Assembly (NCBI GenBank): GCA_021613535.1
Contig: CP075496.1
Span: 12,090,001 to 12,154,000 of the forward strand
DNA length: 64,000 bases
Direction: 5' to 3'
Origin: Adineta vaga
Taxonomy: Eukaryota > Animalia > Rotifera
Below are positions 40,090 through 53,700 of the stretch, in pieces. The notes beneath the pieces are model-generated. The model did not search any database and was not told the origin of the DNA. It worked only from the letters and a program-made list of their open reading frames with translations. Made by a program: the position numbers and the translations under genes. Each line of letters begins with the position of its first letter. Positions within the stretch are counted from its first letter, which is position 1.

Positions 40090-41201
40090 ATGGCAGACAC
40101 AAAAAATCCCGTAACAAATGTAAAGGGTGAATTCATTCGTAGTGGTAAGAATGATATTTTCATTTATTTATATATATTTGTTTGATTTAAGTATCAAGTT
40201 TTCGCAACTGGATTAAAGATGATTCATCTGCGGAATATCAGCCAGAAGCTAATCGTTATCATCTCTATGTAGCCTTAGCTTGTCCTTGGGTAAACTTTAT
40301 TCTTTTCTTATCGTTTCTTTTTCTATAAAAATCGTTTTATTTTAGGCTCATCGAACACTTACAGTATTGAAATTAAAAGGACTCGATCATGTTATATCAT
40401 ATTCAGTAGTTGATAGTTTACTTGAATTTGAAAAAGGTTGCGGTTGGGCATTTGGAGAGAAATATCCTGATCCACATCATCCAAAATTTACTCATTTAAA
40501 AGATGTTTATAAGTTAAATGAATCGGATTATAATGGACGTGTCACTGTACCCGTACTTTTCGACCTTAAAGTAAGAAAATCCTCAACTTTAATATTACAT
40601 CATATCTACTGATAATCATTGATCTATTTCAGACACAAAAAATAGTCAACAACGAATCTTCTGAAATTATTCGAATGCTCAATTCTGAATTCAATAAATT
40701 CGCTCGTCATGCAAATTTAGATCTCTATCCTGAATCTTTACGTTCACGTATTGATGAACTTAATGAACAAGTCTATCCCAAATTAAACAATGGCGTATAT
40801 CGAGCTGGCTTTGCTAAATCTCAAGAAGCTTATGATGCTGCATATGAAGATGTTTTTTCAATGTTAGACATTCTTGAAAGTATCCTTTCTAAACAACGTT
40901 ATCTTATTGATAATAAACAAATTACCGAAGCAGATGTACGTGCATGGACAACATTATTACGATTTGATCCAGTTTATTTCACACATTTTAAATGTAATAA
41001 GAAAATGATTTCCAAAGATTATCCAAATCTATTCGGATTTGTACGAGAAATTTATCAGATCAATGGAGTTAAAGATACAGTTAATTTGAGGAAATTAAAA
41101 AGCATTATTTTGCTTCACATTTGATGATTAATCCAAATGGAATTATTCCACATGGACCAGAAATTAATTACGATTTACCACATGGAAGAGATCATTTTTA
41201 A
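40090..41201 (+). CDS. Glutathionyl-hydroquinone reductase (Xi-class GST, YqjG/ECM4 family), 3 introns; apparent 1-nt deletion near 41086
   Basis: GEFIRSVSSFRNWI, RYHLYVALACPWAHR, YNGRVTVPVLFD, IVNNESSEIIRM, LNNGVYRAGFA, TEADVR..TTLLRFD.VY..HFKCN. The conserved end KHYFASHLMINPNGIIPHGP lies in another frame and ends at TAA 41199-41201. Introns: 40145-40191, 40290-40345, 40571-40632. Confidence 0.92.
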
Positions 41202-41647
41202 TAAACAAACATTTTTCTTTTCGAAATAAATTCAAACATTTTGCTAATCCTTTGAATATACATAGTTGAAAGATAAAAGAAATTTCTATGATATAAAAAG
41301 TTAAATTATTGAGAATCATTTATTACAGAGTATTCGTTATGAAAATCAATGTTGCTTGATCGACCATGTTTAACGTATATACTTTAAAATTCCTATTCTA
41401 TTCATTTAGTATTCTAATAGAGAAATTCCGAACTAATCATTGAAATCAATTCTTTCCTGTTCTAATTTGTTTCTTTCGCACAATTTTGCTAGAACTACTT
41501 TTTCTTTCATTCTTTTATATCGATATTCTAAAGTTTACATCCGAAATAGAAAAAAGGGGTCATTTCTTCTATTCCTTCCGTTTTCTTTTTCTTTTGTCAT
41601 TATACATTAACATTATAACTTCAAAATCGTATTCGTTACAGCTGCTA

Positions 41648-41671
41648 CTCTCTCTCTCTCTCTCTCTCTCT
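41648..41671. repeat. (CT)n microsatellite / polypyrimidine tract
   Basis: ctctct run directly upstream of ttttcattcag, before the MAP1-like ATG. Confidence 0.8.
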
Positions 41672-41725
41672 TTTCATTCAGCATCCGTTCTATTCTTCTA
41701 ACACATCGATCAAATATCAATACCA

Positions 41726-44700
41726 ATGAATAAGAATAGACAACATACAAAACCAACTGTGGGTTTACTATTAATAGTTGGAGAAATAATATCAAATGAA
41801 CAACGTGATGAAATATGCCTATGTCTTCAAAATGTATTTCAACAAATTAATGGTGAAAAATATCGTGAAATTAATGATTTATTCAATAATTTAATTCATG
41901 AAAATGAATTTCAAATAGGTTTTTCTCATTATCTATTTTCTAATTTCTTCAATTTAACCTATTTCTTTGAACAATAGATTCTCAATATCGACAAATAGCT
42001 AATACAGAAAATGGTTCAACAGCTGGATTTCTCTATCGTCCAAATTTTCATACATTATTAAATGTATTCAATGATTTATTTCATACATGTTATCATGTTT
42101 GTATTATCTTTTGTGGTAAAACTCATTTTCATTTTTAAAATATTTCTCTTGACAAATAACTGATGTAATCTAGGACAACAGGTCGATTCGAATGGAGCGT
42201 TGATATTAACAGATTCCATATTTACTTCGGAGAATTTCTATAGTCTATTTGAAGAAAATACGAATTATGTTTTACAAGATTTACAAATCGTTTTACCATA
42301 TGTTTCGAATCAATGGATAAAATTATCGAATAAATATTTACAAAAACATTTGGAACATGTTAACATTCAAGATTTATCGAATGAAATTCATGAAGAGAAT
42401 GCATTTGGTCAACAATTTTACGAAAGATTAATTCAAATTTTACATAACGATTCAATTAATTTTGATATTTATTCGAAATTAATTCCTCGAACTGATTCAG
42501 GAACAAGTAAAAGTACCAAAAAAAATGATTTTATCAATGAAAATAAATTCATCGTCTTCTTCTAGTCGCTTTTGATGAACCTAATCTTTACATATTCTAT
42601 GGTCAACAAGGTGAAGTATCTCTTTTTGGTATTCGTGGATTTGTTGTTCTAATCAATGGTGGTTACAGGTAAAAGTTTTCCTTGAAAAATTTCTTTGACA
42701 ATTATTTATCTTCTGTTAGTCGTTTACCTACGTATTGGAATTTAATTCGAGGTTTACAAACAATTGATGCATGTATTTTAACACATTTTGATTATGATGT
42801 TTTTCCGGGTTTACAAACATTAGTTCATCGAAAACAAGCATTGCCATCACATGATGAACAATTATGTAAACCAGATATAGGTGCAATTTTTCTTAATCAT
42901 ACTCAACGAATAAAACTACAATCAACATCTGTATCGAAATCATCATCAAGTAGTAAATTATTACTGAATTTAACAGAAGATATCGATCGGTTTCTAAATT
43001 CTACAAAACAATTGAATATTGATGCGTTTAATTTAATTAAACCAATCATATTGAATAAATCAAATATTGAACCAATTAATCTTTATAGAAAAATTGCATT
43101 TGGATCGTTGGATTTGTATGTTTTACATCCTTCGAATTCAACATCGGATGATGAAAAACTTATTACAAATTTACAGAAAGTAATCATCAATTTGTGAAAT
43201 TCATAAAAACTTCATTGATTCAATCTTCAGATTCCAATTCGTGATCAACAAATTCCATCTTCTGCCATTCCACATCATCATTGGTATTCATCGTGTTTAT
43301 TACTTGTTTGGACACCCGCTACTAAATCGAAGAAGGATAGTTTAGTACGAATTTTATACACAGGTGCTTGTCCTCAAACACTTGTTTTCGAAGCGTTAGA
43401 TAGAGTTCGACATCTGGAATTTTTACATGCTTCTCAACAACAGATGAAACGAACAAGTAATAGTAAAACAACATCGGCTTCTCACACGAACACAAGTGTT
43501 AAACATACATTACAAAAACCTAAAGTATCTCCTCCTGTCACGAATCGAACAGGGTCAGCAATAGGTCAAAATAAAACAACAAAAGCTCCATTACGATCAA
43601 ATCTTTCAAAACCAAAAGTAACACAAATAACACCAACAAAACCTACCACTATCAATTCGAAAAAACCAACATCAACTTCAACTGTAAAGAAAGTAATCAG
43701 TCTCATAAAATACTTTTCATCACATACACTTTTATCTTCTATTCATAGACAACTCCTTCTTCAAAAACCAATGCTAGTACTCGATCGATCAGTAAAGAGA
43801 AAAAAGTGTCAAAATCGAATGGGCCTATTTCGAAAACTTCTAGTACTACAAAACAAGCTAAATCTCAATCTTCAAAACTTAGATCTACAGCTGATCAAAA
43901 ATCAAAGGCAAAAACTGAAGTTAAACCGAAGAAAGAACTGGATATCGTTCCTGTTCAAGAACAAACATTAGAAAGTGAACATGAACATGTCGAAGTTTTA
44001 GAAACTGAGAACGATGCACCTCCATCAATACCAGATATTCAAGATGACGATGGAGAACAAAAATTTGAAATTGAAAATAATCAAGAAGAAAATTCAATTA
44101 TCGAAAATGAACATTTACAAAACTTGGAAATAGAGCATGATGATGAACAAATTTTAGAAAGTCAAACAAACGATTACGAAGAATTCGATGATAATGAACA
44201 ACAATTTCCCAATGATAATGAATTCAATGGAAATAATGAAATAGAAGATGATATTCAAAGACCTGATTCCATCTCATTAACAACTGATCAGAATGAGACA
44301 TTTATTCAAAGCAATTCTGCATCGCCAATGAATGAAATAACTTCACAAATAAGTCCACGTGATCCAATGACAACAAGTTTTATTGATGGAACATCTGATA
44401 TGGAAAATCCATTCGATGAAAAATTTGATGAAGATGATGAAATCGAAGTTATTCATCATGATATACCAGCATCACCAAAATCTTCAATGCCATCCATTGA
44501 AGATATCGATCCACAAGGTTTACCAATCGAAAAGAATCTTTCCTCAAAACCTTTGCCATCTAGAAAACTTAACAACGGCACCAATCGGTAAGTTTTATTG
44601 TCAAGAAATTAGTAAAGAAAATTGTGCATCTTTTATTCAAATATTCTATCTAGTACGAATGGATCTTCATCATCATCATCATCAACCCGTCAATCGAAAC

Positions 44701-45138
44701 AGATATCAAGTTCAATATTCAATGTTGATGTTGCATATATACCTTATCATGGTAATGAACATTACGTTAATAGCGAATTCTTTCGTCGAATACGTGCTCG
44801 TTATTACATACTAAATGCCGTACAAATTAGTCATCATACATTGGAATCATTGCTCAATGGAATACAACAATGGAATAAAAAGGATCATGCATTGGTAAAT
44901 ATACAATTGTGTTACGTTTAGACTTTGAAATATTTGATTGATTTTAATTTAGATCACTCTAGTTCCAACATTTGATAATGAACAATTACGGCAGTTTTTC
45001 GTTCTTAATAAAAATCGTTTAGCTGAACTGAATATAAATATTCTTCCTGCATCATCACGATGTAATGTTCAATATGATAATGAAGGTTCACCTGCACAAT
45101 TGTTACGTTTTAGTCCATCTATTGATACAAATGAATGA
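41726..45138 (+). CDS. Microtubule-associated protein 1 family (MAP1S/futsch-like), multi-exon
   Basis: LLLIVGE, LFGIRGFVVLINGG, WNLIRGLQTIDACILTH, EPINLYRKIAFGSLDLYVLHP, VRILYTGACPQ..VFEAL, a Lys-rich then acidic middle region, DPMTTSF, and light-chain motifs VDVAYIPYHG..EFFRRIRARYY and TLVPTFD. Confidence 0.9.
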
Positions 45139-47084
45139 TAGACTTCTTTTGTTTTTTATTCTTTGTAATAGTTAGTTATCATTCACTTCAATGACTGTAC
45201 GAAATGAAACTGATCGAATTCTTGGTACATTACCAGATTTTTATATGATTTTGTTGGCATGTTTCTCTTTGTTTTCCTCCTATTCTTTTTATGCGTTGAA
45301 AACTTGTAGAGCAGAAATATTTGATTTGTTTTTTTCTTTGTTTTCAAAATAAAATTGAATACATCAATAAATGTTTACAAGATTATAATAGCATCAAATT
45401 TATTACGTGCTAAATTATTCGATTTCAAATACTCCTATTGGTTATTCTCAATTTATGTCGTGCAATAAAAGGTGTGATGTGAGCAAATGAAGGGAAAAAA
45501 AGTTCTAATGAATGTGTAAAAAAACATATATTATTTATTTCTTATGTAATGGTTCGTTGATGAACTTTTTATTTACCTACAAAAGAACGTCATAATATGA
45601 TTTTTGTTTATTTATAACTAAATCATTTTGCATATACATTTTCCTATGTATGTATTCTTTTTTTATTATTGCGATATATGATCAACGTATACACCGACCG
45701 ACTAATCAGATCTAAGAAGAGAAATTTTCTGTTGTCACAGAACGAAATAAATTAAGTTTAGACGACATGACAATCTATGTGATAAAGAGAAATTTGAAAA
45801 GAAATAGAACTGAACGTGTGCTGTAAGGAATAATCTCTCAAATTGAGTCGATTTACTGAAAATTTATTCATCAGATAGACATGCCGTGAATACTAATATG
45901 AGTTTCATCGACGTTTTTTTTTCTCACTGCACATATAAATATTTATGTACTGATGCATATACATCAGTAAAATTGTATATTATAACCTTCGATTATTATC
46001 ATCGATACGTGAGTAAATCTAGGAACATTGAAATTTTAAAAAAATTAGTAATAAAATGATATTCACAATAATAATCGTGAGGGCAGAGATGGTAAACTAT
46101 TTACGCAAAGAATATCCTTTTGTGAAGTCTATTAAATTCAAGGTTTTTGCAGGTGTATCAGTATGTATCAATTCTTCATGAGTGCGTAACGATTTCAAAG
46201 AATATGAGAAGAAAATTTGAGAGTATATGTTATCACTAATTCATCAACCATGCATATCTTTTGAAATATTTTGATACGTGATATCATTTTTGGATGTCTT
46301 TCTTTTTAATATAGTTGTCTTTCATTCAGGTATATACAGGATGTGTATCTTTGTTTCTGATGCGTAGAGTTCTATTCAATGTGTTGTATACACATCCCTG
46401 TTCCGGATGAATGCATCTTCTGCATATATGTAAAATGATTCTTAATTGACATTTATTGCATTTGAATATGTTTTATACGTTAGTTTTGAATATATTTTGC
46501 TGCTACAGGAATACATTAATATCACCGCTCTTCGACTAGAAATGTCAATATATTAGTATTGGATGTTCATATTTGTGAAACATATGTGTTTCAGTTAACA
46601 CTAATTTATCAGTATGCAACACAAGATTTTAGCAAATATTTCACACATGTTATTATATTTATTCAGTTACTGTTCATGATAATATGACTTACGGCAGCAA
46701 TCTTTGTATCGAATAGTTCATTGATGTCATGTGTAATATTGAAGATTATTTTTTTTGTGTATTATACATTTCCCAGACTGTTTGTAAAACATATATTTAT
46801 ATACGATTTGAATTTTTACAGTCCGTTCTAATCAATAATAGCCACATGTACACAAGACTAAAAAAGCTGAAGTTTTTTTTACATCTCGTCCTGTTAAAAT
46901 CTAAAAGGATATAATTAACCGACTATGTAAATGCTTACATTTTAGATTTCTTCATTTCAATATATTCAATTTATAATAGTGTCTGCATAGCGATCAGAAG
47001 AAATTCTATTTCTACAGCTTCATTATATGGCAAATCGATTTTATAAAAAATTTAAGTCCTTGAGAGCTTTCAATATCGATCTGA

Positions 47085-48303
47085 ATGCATCATGCTCGAT
47101 ATCGTTGGTATTCTCTTGGCGTTATTCTGTGTATTGTTATTATTATTGGTGTAAATTTTCGTCAAACTCAAAATCAAATTGTAGAAATCGACAAACCAAC
47201 TTCTTCTTCTTCTTCTTCTTCTTCATGCAATATATCAATGACTGAAAGTGATCAATTTATATGTGAATCAGATAAAAAATGGTTAGAACGACGAAAATTT
47301 TATTTAAATCAACATGAAGAAAACATTTTCACAATGAATGAATATGAAAATTATTTTCGTAAAAATTGGTTTCCTGACTTTCAATGTTCGAATGAAAAAC
47401 TCATTGGTCAAGGTGATGGTGGCAAATGGGTACGAGCAATATATAGAAATTAGTTTTTATTGAGTAAAAACAGAAATCTTTCTTCTATAAATATTCTAAT
47501 TATCCGAAGATTAGTAAGACACTAAACATGATAATTTATGAAGGTGAATCATGTGGATATCGTTGTTTCTATTAAACTTCGAGGGCATTCAATAAGAGTG
47601 ACGTACTCAGAGACTATTGAATTCAAAGTGAGATCCTTGATGTTCACTTAAACGGAAGCATATTTTCAAGGTAAATAATACAAATCGTTGTTTTCTTTCT
47701 TATTTAGGCATGTAATATTGAACGTTTAAAATCGAAATCATCATGCCTAATTTATTCGATGGGCTCACAAGGAGATTTTAGTTTTGAACGACATGCACAT
47801 GAACTTTTACCTCATTGTTCAATTCATACTGTAGATATGCGATTGTATGAATGTCCAAAAGAATATTGTACTTTTCATCAAGCTCGATTGGGTGATGGAC
47901 AAAATGGATCGATTTCTTTACGACAATTAATGACACAATTGAATCAAACAAATTCCGAAATTGATATTTTAAAAATTGATATTGAATATGGTGAATATTC
48001 ATTTCTTCATTCCTTCTTTTCTAACAACGACATCAATCGAAAATTACAACCTGTTTATATTCGACAGATTTTAATTGTAAGATGAAAAAATTGAAAACTT
48101 TCCAATATTTTTCATAAGGAATTATTTTTTAGGAAATTCATCTTGATCGAACACGCATTTTAGAAACAAATTCATTGTTTCATCTATTAAATTCTCAAAA
48201 TTATGTTCTTTTTCACAAAGAACTTAATCCAGGTTTTCCATATTATGCGTGTGAATATGCTCTTCTAAAGCTTAATAGAGCTTTCTTTCGAGGTTATTCC
48301 TAA
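47085..48303 (+). CDS. Membrane-anchored METTL24/Methyltransf_22-like methyltransferase, 3 exons
   Basis: N-terminal TM anchor, FQCSNEKLIGQGDGGKW|AC, CLIYSMGSQGDFSFE, IDILKIDIEYGEY, RQILI|EIH, FHKELNP and CEYALLKLN. Confidence 0.85.
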
Positions 48304-48597
48304 TCGTTATATTAGTTTTCATCAATACAATTCTGTTTTCTAAATATCTAATAAAAAGAAATACTTAGGTGAGTTTTAAATAGAACATGATACGATATTT
48401 CTTTATACGTAGACAGCGTAGAAATATTTATCCTCATGATAGTTGTGGGTACATATTATCATATCCATTAATTTCGATGTTCCATGTACCTGTAACTTTC
48501 CTCATTTCTTATGTCGAATTGACTTGATCTAGAAATCTCACTACCGTTTTCAAGCATTTTATTTTTGGAACAAAACAAAGGAAGCAAAAAGAAAAAC

Positions 48598-48626
48598 GAT
48601 AATAATAATAATAATAATAATAATAG
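48598..48626. repeat. (AAT)n microsatellite
   Basis: aataataat run in the 3' region between the convergent methyltransferase and nuclear receptor genes. Confidence 0.85.
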
Positions 48627-48712
48627 TAATCAAAGGAATAGAAATAAAAATCATCCTGTTCGTCGATAAACAAAATTTTAAAGATAATGTATGTATACAA
48701 ATATGTATAGAA

Positions 48713-50711
48713 TCAATGGGAAACGTGCATGAGAGTCCGTATGATTGGTGGTACTTGACACGGATCAACTTTTTCATAAATATCATGTTGAATATTCCAA
48801 AGAAGTTCTTGTGTATGTAAGCATTTGTTGATTAATGTTGAAAATAAAAGTACAGCACGCATTGGACCATAATTTTTCTCCATAAATAACCATAATTGTT
48901 CAACATAAAAGTTTTGCGCATGAAGTACTTGTTGACAATTATTTAATGGTGGTTCATTGAAATTAACTAAATCCGAAAGACCTTTCGAAAAAAGTACTAT
49001 AATCAATGTTAATTGCATTATTCGTTGATCTATTTGAACAATCGAATGTAAGGAACGCATTATTGATCGACACCGAAAATAAATATTATCTCCATGTGCT
49101 TCACGGATATCGGTACCGTATAAAAGAGTTTCATTAGGAGGATATCCTTCAGAATATACATCTTTGACTGGATCGTATCTACAAAGAGGAAGAAATCGTT
49201 TTTTTTATTTTTAATTGACAAGTTTACCCAAGAGAACCATGCAATATGAAAATATAAGGTAAATTCATTTTGATAAGATTAACTTTATCGCTATCATTTA
49301 GAGCATCGAATTCAGGTAATCCTTTGTAAAAACTAATAAGACGAAGTGCTGTTATACTTTTCGTATTCAATATCTGACATAATGCAGTCACTTTTTTTGC
49401 TAACGGGTATGACCAACCAGAAGTCGAAGGGTCTAATTTAAATCCTGCATTAAATGCTTTAACAACATTATTAATCACATCATTATTTTGATTGTGTAAT
49501 GATGAATCTTCTGTTCCTACTGTTGATGATAGTGGTTGAATTGAATTCTTTTCAAGAATAACACTTTGCAAAGAAGGATTTCGATTTCCATTGGAAATTG
49601 GTTTTTCTTTTGATGAAATCGTCTCATCCGGCGGTTCCATTCGTAATCGTCGATTTTCTTCAATTCGACGTTTTTTATTCAATTTTTCTTCCTCTGTCAA
49701 GATCCATTCTTTTCGCATACCAACATCAAAACATTTTTTTAATCGACAAGATTTGCATCGCCGCCGTGTTTCTAATGTGATATCACAACAATCGTCACGC
49801 CGGCATTTCAATCGATCCTAACCACATGAATAAATTTGTTACATGAACGAAATTTCCTTGTTGCTTACTGTATTTAAAAGAGCATTACGACGAAAAAATG
49901 CCTTACAAGATTCACATGAGATTGCATCAAAATTGTATCCATGAGCCAAACCACAACAAACTGTATTAAAGAAAAGAAATCAATTAGTTCCGAGTTAAAT
50001 ATACTCTAAGTTCGTTTTCTTTTTCCTCTCTCTTGTATTTATAATAATGTCAACTATTAATATGAAATAGAAACAAACGAACACATTTTTCTACTCTGAG
50101 GACAAAATTTTTTCTCTTACGAAGTTTGTTTTTATGTGCAAATTGCAATTAAGTTTTGTTAATATAGATTTATCTAATGAAAATTTTATTTAAAGAAAAA
50201 TTTGAAAATGTAATTTACCGACGCAGGATAGATCAGATTTTTTCCGTGTAGAACCATTGGTACTTGTTATTGCGCAAGGAACTGAAGGATCTGTTGTCGA
50301 TTTATCAGACTCAAACAAGTCTTTCGAAGCACGCGGTCGTCGTTTGCGACTATGACACACTTCATACGATGACTGTTTGAGTTCGAAAAAAAGAAAAAGA
50401 AAGTCAACAAATAGTTTGTTTTTTTTTCAAAAGAAAGATAAGATTAAAAAGAATGTTTTCTTTTCCCCAATAAACTTGGAAACAACACATACCTGTGCTG
50501 AGAAATTCGAAATTTGAGTTAGTTTCGTATGATCATTTTGCTCAATCATATTCGTACATGTCAATGGATTCTTATTCATTGAGATATTTTCATCAATGAA
50601 AATTGCTTGATCAGTCACCGGTAATGGGCTTTTAATCCGTTTCAGTATTGGTTCAAGTCTATTACCTTCTTGACTATGACATTCTTCATAATCATCCCGT
50701 TTACGATTCAT
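48713..50711 (-). CDS. Nuclear hormone receptor, NR1J (HR96/DAF-12)-like, multi-exon
   Basis: C4 zinc fingers CV|VCCGLAHGYNFDAISCESCKAFFRRNA and KCRRDDCCDITLETRRRCKSCRLKKCFDVGMRKEWIL, with the ESCKA P-box typical of NR1J. LBD signature FYKGLPEFDALNDSDKVNLIK and AF2-like VPPIIRTLM. Confidence 0.9.
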
Positions 50712-53700
50712 CGTAAACAAAACTTTTTTTATATAAATCTGCAAAAAAAAGAGACAAAAACACATTTGATCTATGATCCAAATATATATATATATATCTT
50801 TCACGTTATCAAAGTGAACTTGAAACCTACGCAAATATAGGTAAATTATCACCATACGATGTGAAAAGTACATGCAATTAAACATAGAATTCTGTCAATT
50901 AATGGGGAAAAAAAGAGTGCAATTTATCAAATATTTATTTTAGTAAAGTTATACACTAATCTAGATGAAAATGAATTTATTTCCTTGAATAGAAGAATGA
51001 AAATTATAGAAAATAAACAAAAAAAAATGAAGAAGAAGTAATCTTGTTTTAATGTGTATCAACATACAAAAATTTGTTTTTTCTATGTCGATTTTACTTA
51101 TTCTCAATAGTGCTTACTTATATTCTCTTTTCTATTCTTCGCCGTAACGAGGTTGATGTTGTTTCTCTATGGATGCATGCGTGTGTGTGTGTGTGCATTT
51201 GGGCGCACTCGTACTCATACGAGAGTACCTTGCTTATTCGATGTACAAAGTCAGCACACAGAGAACGAGAAAAGAAAAAGGAGAAGAAAAAAACAAAACC
51301 GGTTACAAAACGACATCACAGATAATAATAGTTAGAGAAAAAAGAGAAAAATCATTTTGAAAAACCCTATAAGGTTATTGAGGACATTAGATAACTAATG
51401 CGAGATGTTTCTTTCTAAAATTCTAATATTTAATTAATTGACAAGATTCTATTTATAAATCATTTCGGTTTTTTTTCTCTTTAATCCAAAAGACTAAACT
51501 ATTTTTATCCTGTCGACAAATGAGAATATAGTGCGTCATCGAATTCGTACTGGCAGTAAAAAATAAAGTAGAAAGTACTTGTCAGATAGAACAAATGTAA
51601 AACATGGAGCGATATAATTCTATATATATTTAGAAAATCAAATAACGCAATAAAAATAACAGAACGAATAGAAAGGCTTACGTCTACAGATGTGTGTCTA
51701 TGCATAGACGCCCTCACATGTCGGATTTCTTTTACTCTTTCTATTAAAATATCGCCGTAGAGCGAGTATGGATATTTTCACATAAAAATCAAAGTATGGA
51801 TCAAATGTAATACGACTGTTCTTCGAGATTAAACAAATGATCACAAGATTGTTTTCTTGATATGATTTGATAATAATAATAATATTTAATTCATTGATAC
51901 ATTAAAAGAGCAGTGTGACACGTTAGGTACAAAGGAAAGAAAAAAGAGTTTTGGGGTAATAGAAAGAGAAGCAAGAGAAAAAAATCTACGCCAATGTCTA
52001 TCGTTATCGGTAATGATAAGTATAAAGAACAGAAGGAAAAGAGAAAAAATGCACTAATAATCATTGCCAAAAGAGAAAGAAAATGTTTTTTTAGAAATAG
52101 CATCACTATGTTGAGGACTATTTCATATAGAATATCTATATTCTATACAAAACTGATTTAACTTTTGAAAATTTGAAATCATTGTTATTTATTGAATATG
52201 AATGTTCTACTTGATAAAAAAATTGATTCTTTTTCATGCCTTATGAAACATTAGATCATGTAAATTCACAAGGCAAAATGTAGACAATAGTTTCTTATCC
52301 GGAAATCATTTATTTAACAAAAGTATATCATCTAAAACTCAAATTACATTCTTTTGATTATCAAGAAAAGACTTTCTCAGTAATGAATTCCTCTCCGATT
52401 ATGTCATATAGTTTATTCAGTAGAACCTTAATACTATGACACAGTTTTCTTTTCTATTAATACCAAGAAGTTTATTAATAACATCATTGTGTCTCAGAGA
52501 GAAATGTATACTTAGCTATATTTTGCATCTAATATAAGTCACATATCGTAACTTGTATGATTATTTGTATTTAAAAATATTCGAAAGATTTTGTTTTGTT
52601 TAAGATCATCGGAATATTTCATCTATCGCATAACAGTCAAAAGGATTGTGTTTATATCGTTATTATGTAAATATTTCTTGAACTGTTTCTACGCATAATC
52701 TTTGAACTGAACCAGATGAACTTTAAAGGCAAGTTCTTTTTCTACTCTCCTGTTACCAGTTAAATATAGATGAATAGGCAGAAACTATAAAGGTGTTTCA
52801 TTTAAGAGATACCTAAAAATAGATTAACTTTTGATGAATTATGATAATGATCTTCTATTGAAGAGATATTTGTCCTATTTATATCATAGGTTTTTGCATC
52901 AAAATTAGACGAAGAGAAGATCGTTCACAATTCAAAATGGAAAATTATGAAATGACTTTTATAAGTAAAACAAGTTGCTGGAAATGTCTACGATTCACAT
53001 ATTCAGTCTTCAATTGAATGAGTATGTCTTTTAGCATCTTTCAAAACATGAGTAAACTTCCTGATGATATAAGTTATTTCTTTGATTTTCGATTAATTAA
53101 ATCTCTTCCAGCATTGTTAATTACAATTCTTCTATATACGAAAGACAGCGTATGAATCGCTATTAATGAGTGAAAGAGCATTGATAGCTTAGCAACATAT
53201 TCCTTCCGTTAGAGTTCTGAATTTCATATTTATAAAAAAAAGGGAAATTTTCATCAATAGAAATCTAATTCAATATGTGTATCCATCATCAAACAATAAC
53301 AGATGACGTATAGAATTGAAGTTTCAACGATTTCAATGTTTCTAATAGTTATAAATAGAACTTCTCTTGAGATCTTATATCAAGAATCAGATTCTTTTAT
53401 TTATTTTCGAATTGAAATAGTTTTTCAATAGAAAAAATGTCTGTCGCGCTTTCTATGCCGTTCTATCAATCAAATAATCTAATTTGATTGTCGTCATATA
53501 TTGCGCTTTTATTTTTTGCGATTAAATCGCTTCTCCCATTTGATCATTCACTCCATAATCCAACAGCCAAAAACCGAGATTAAAAAAATCTCACAGCTAC
53601 GCCAGATTAGACGGAGTTTTTTTCAAAATTTCTTTTTCTGATCAAATTTTCTTTCCATGTCTCTTAAATTTACTTCTCTAACAACTATCCACATAGGTAG

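Noticed and set aside
46331-46402. Short inverted repeat (caggatgtgtat / atacacatccctg) as a MITE or pre-miRNA
   Set aside because: Only ~12-bp arms with a ~40-nt unpaired loop and no clear TSD; insufficient support.
50886-52106. Short ORFs upstream of the nuclear receptor
   Set aside because: Promoter, UTR or intron sequence with GT/GA repeats and no coding signature.
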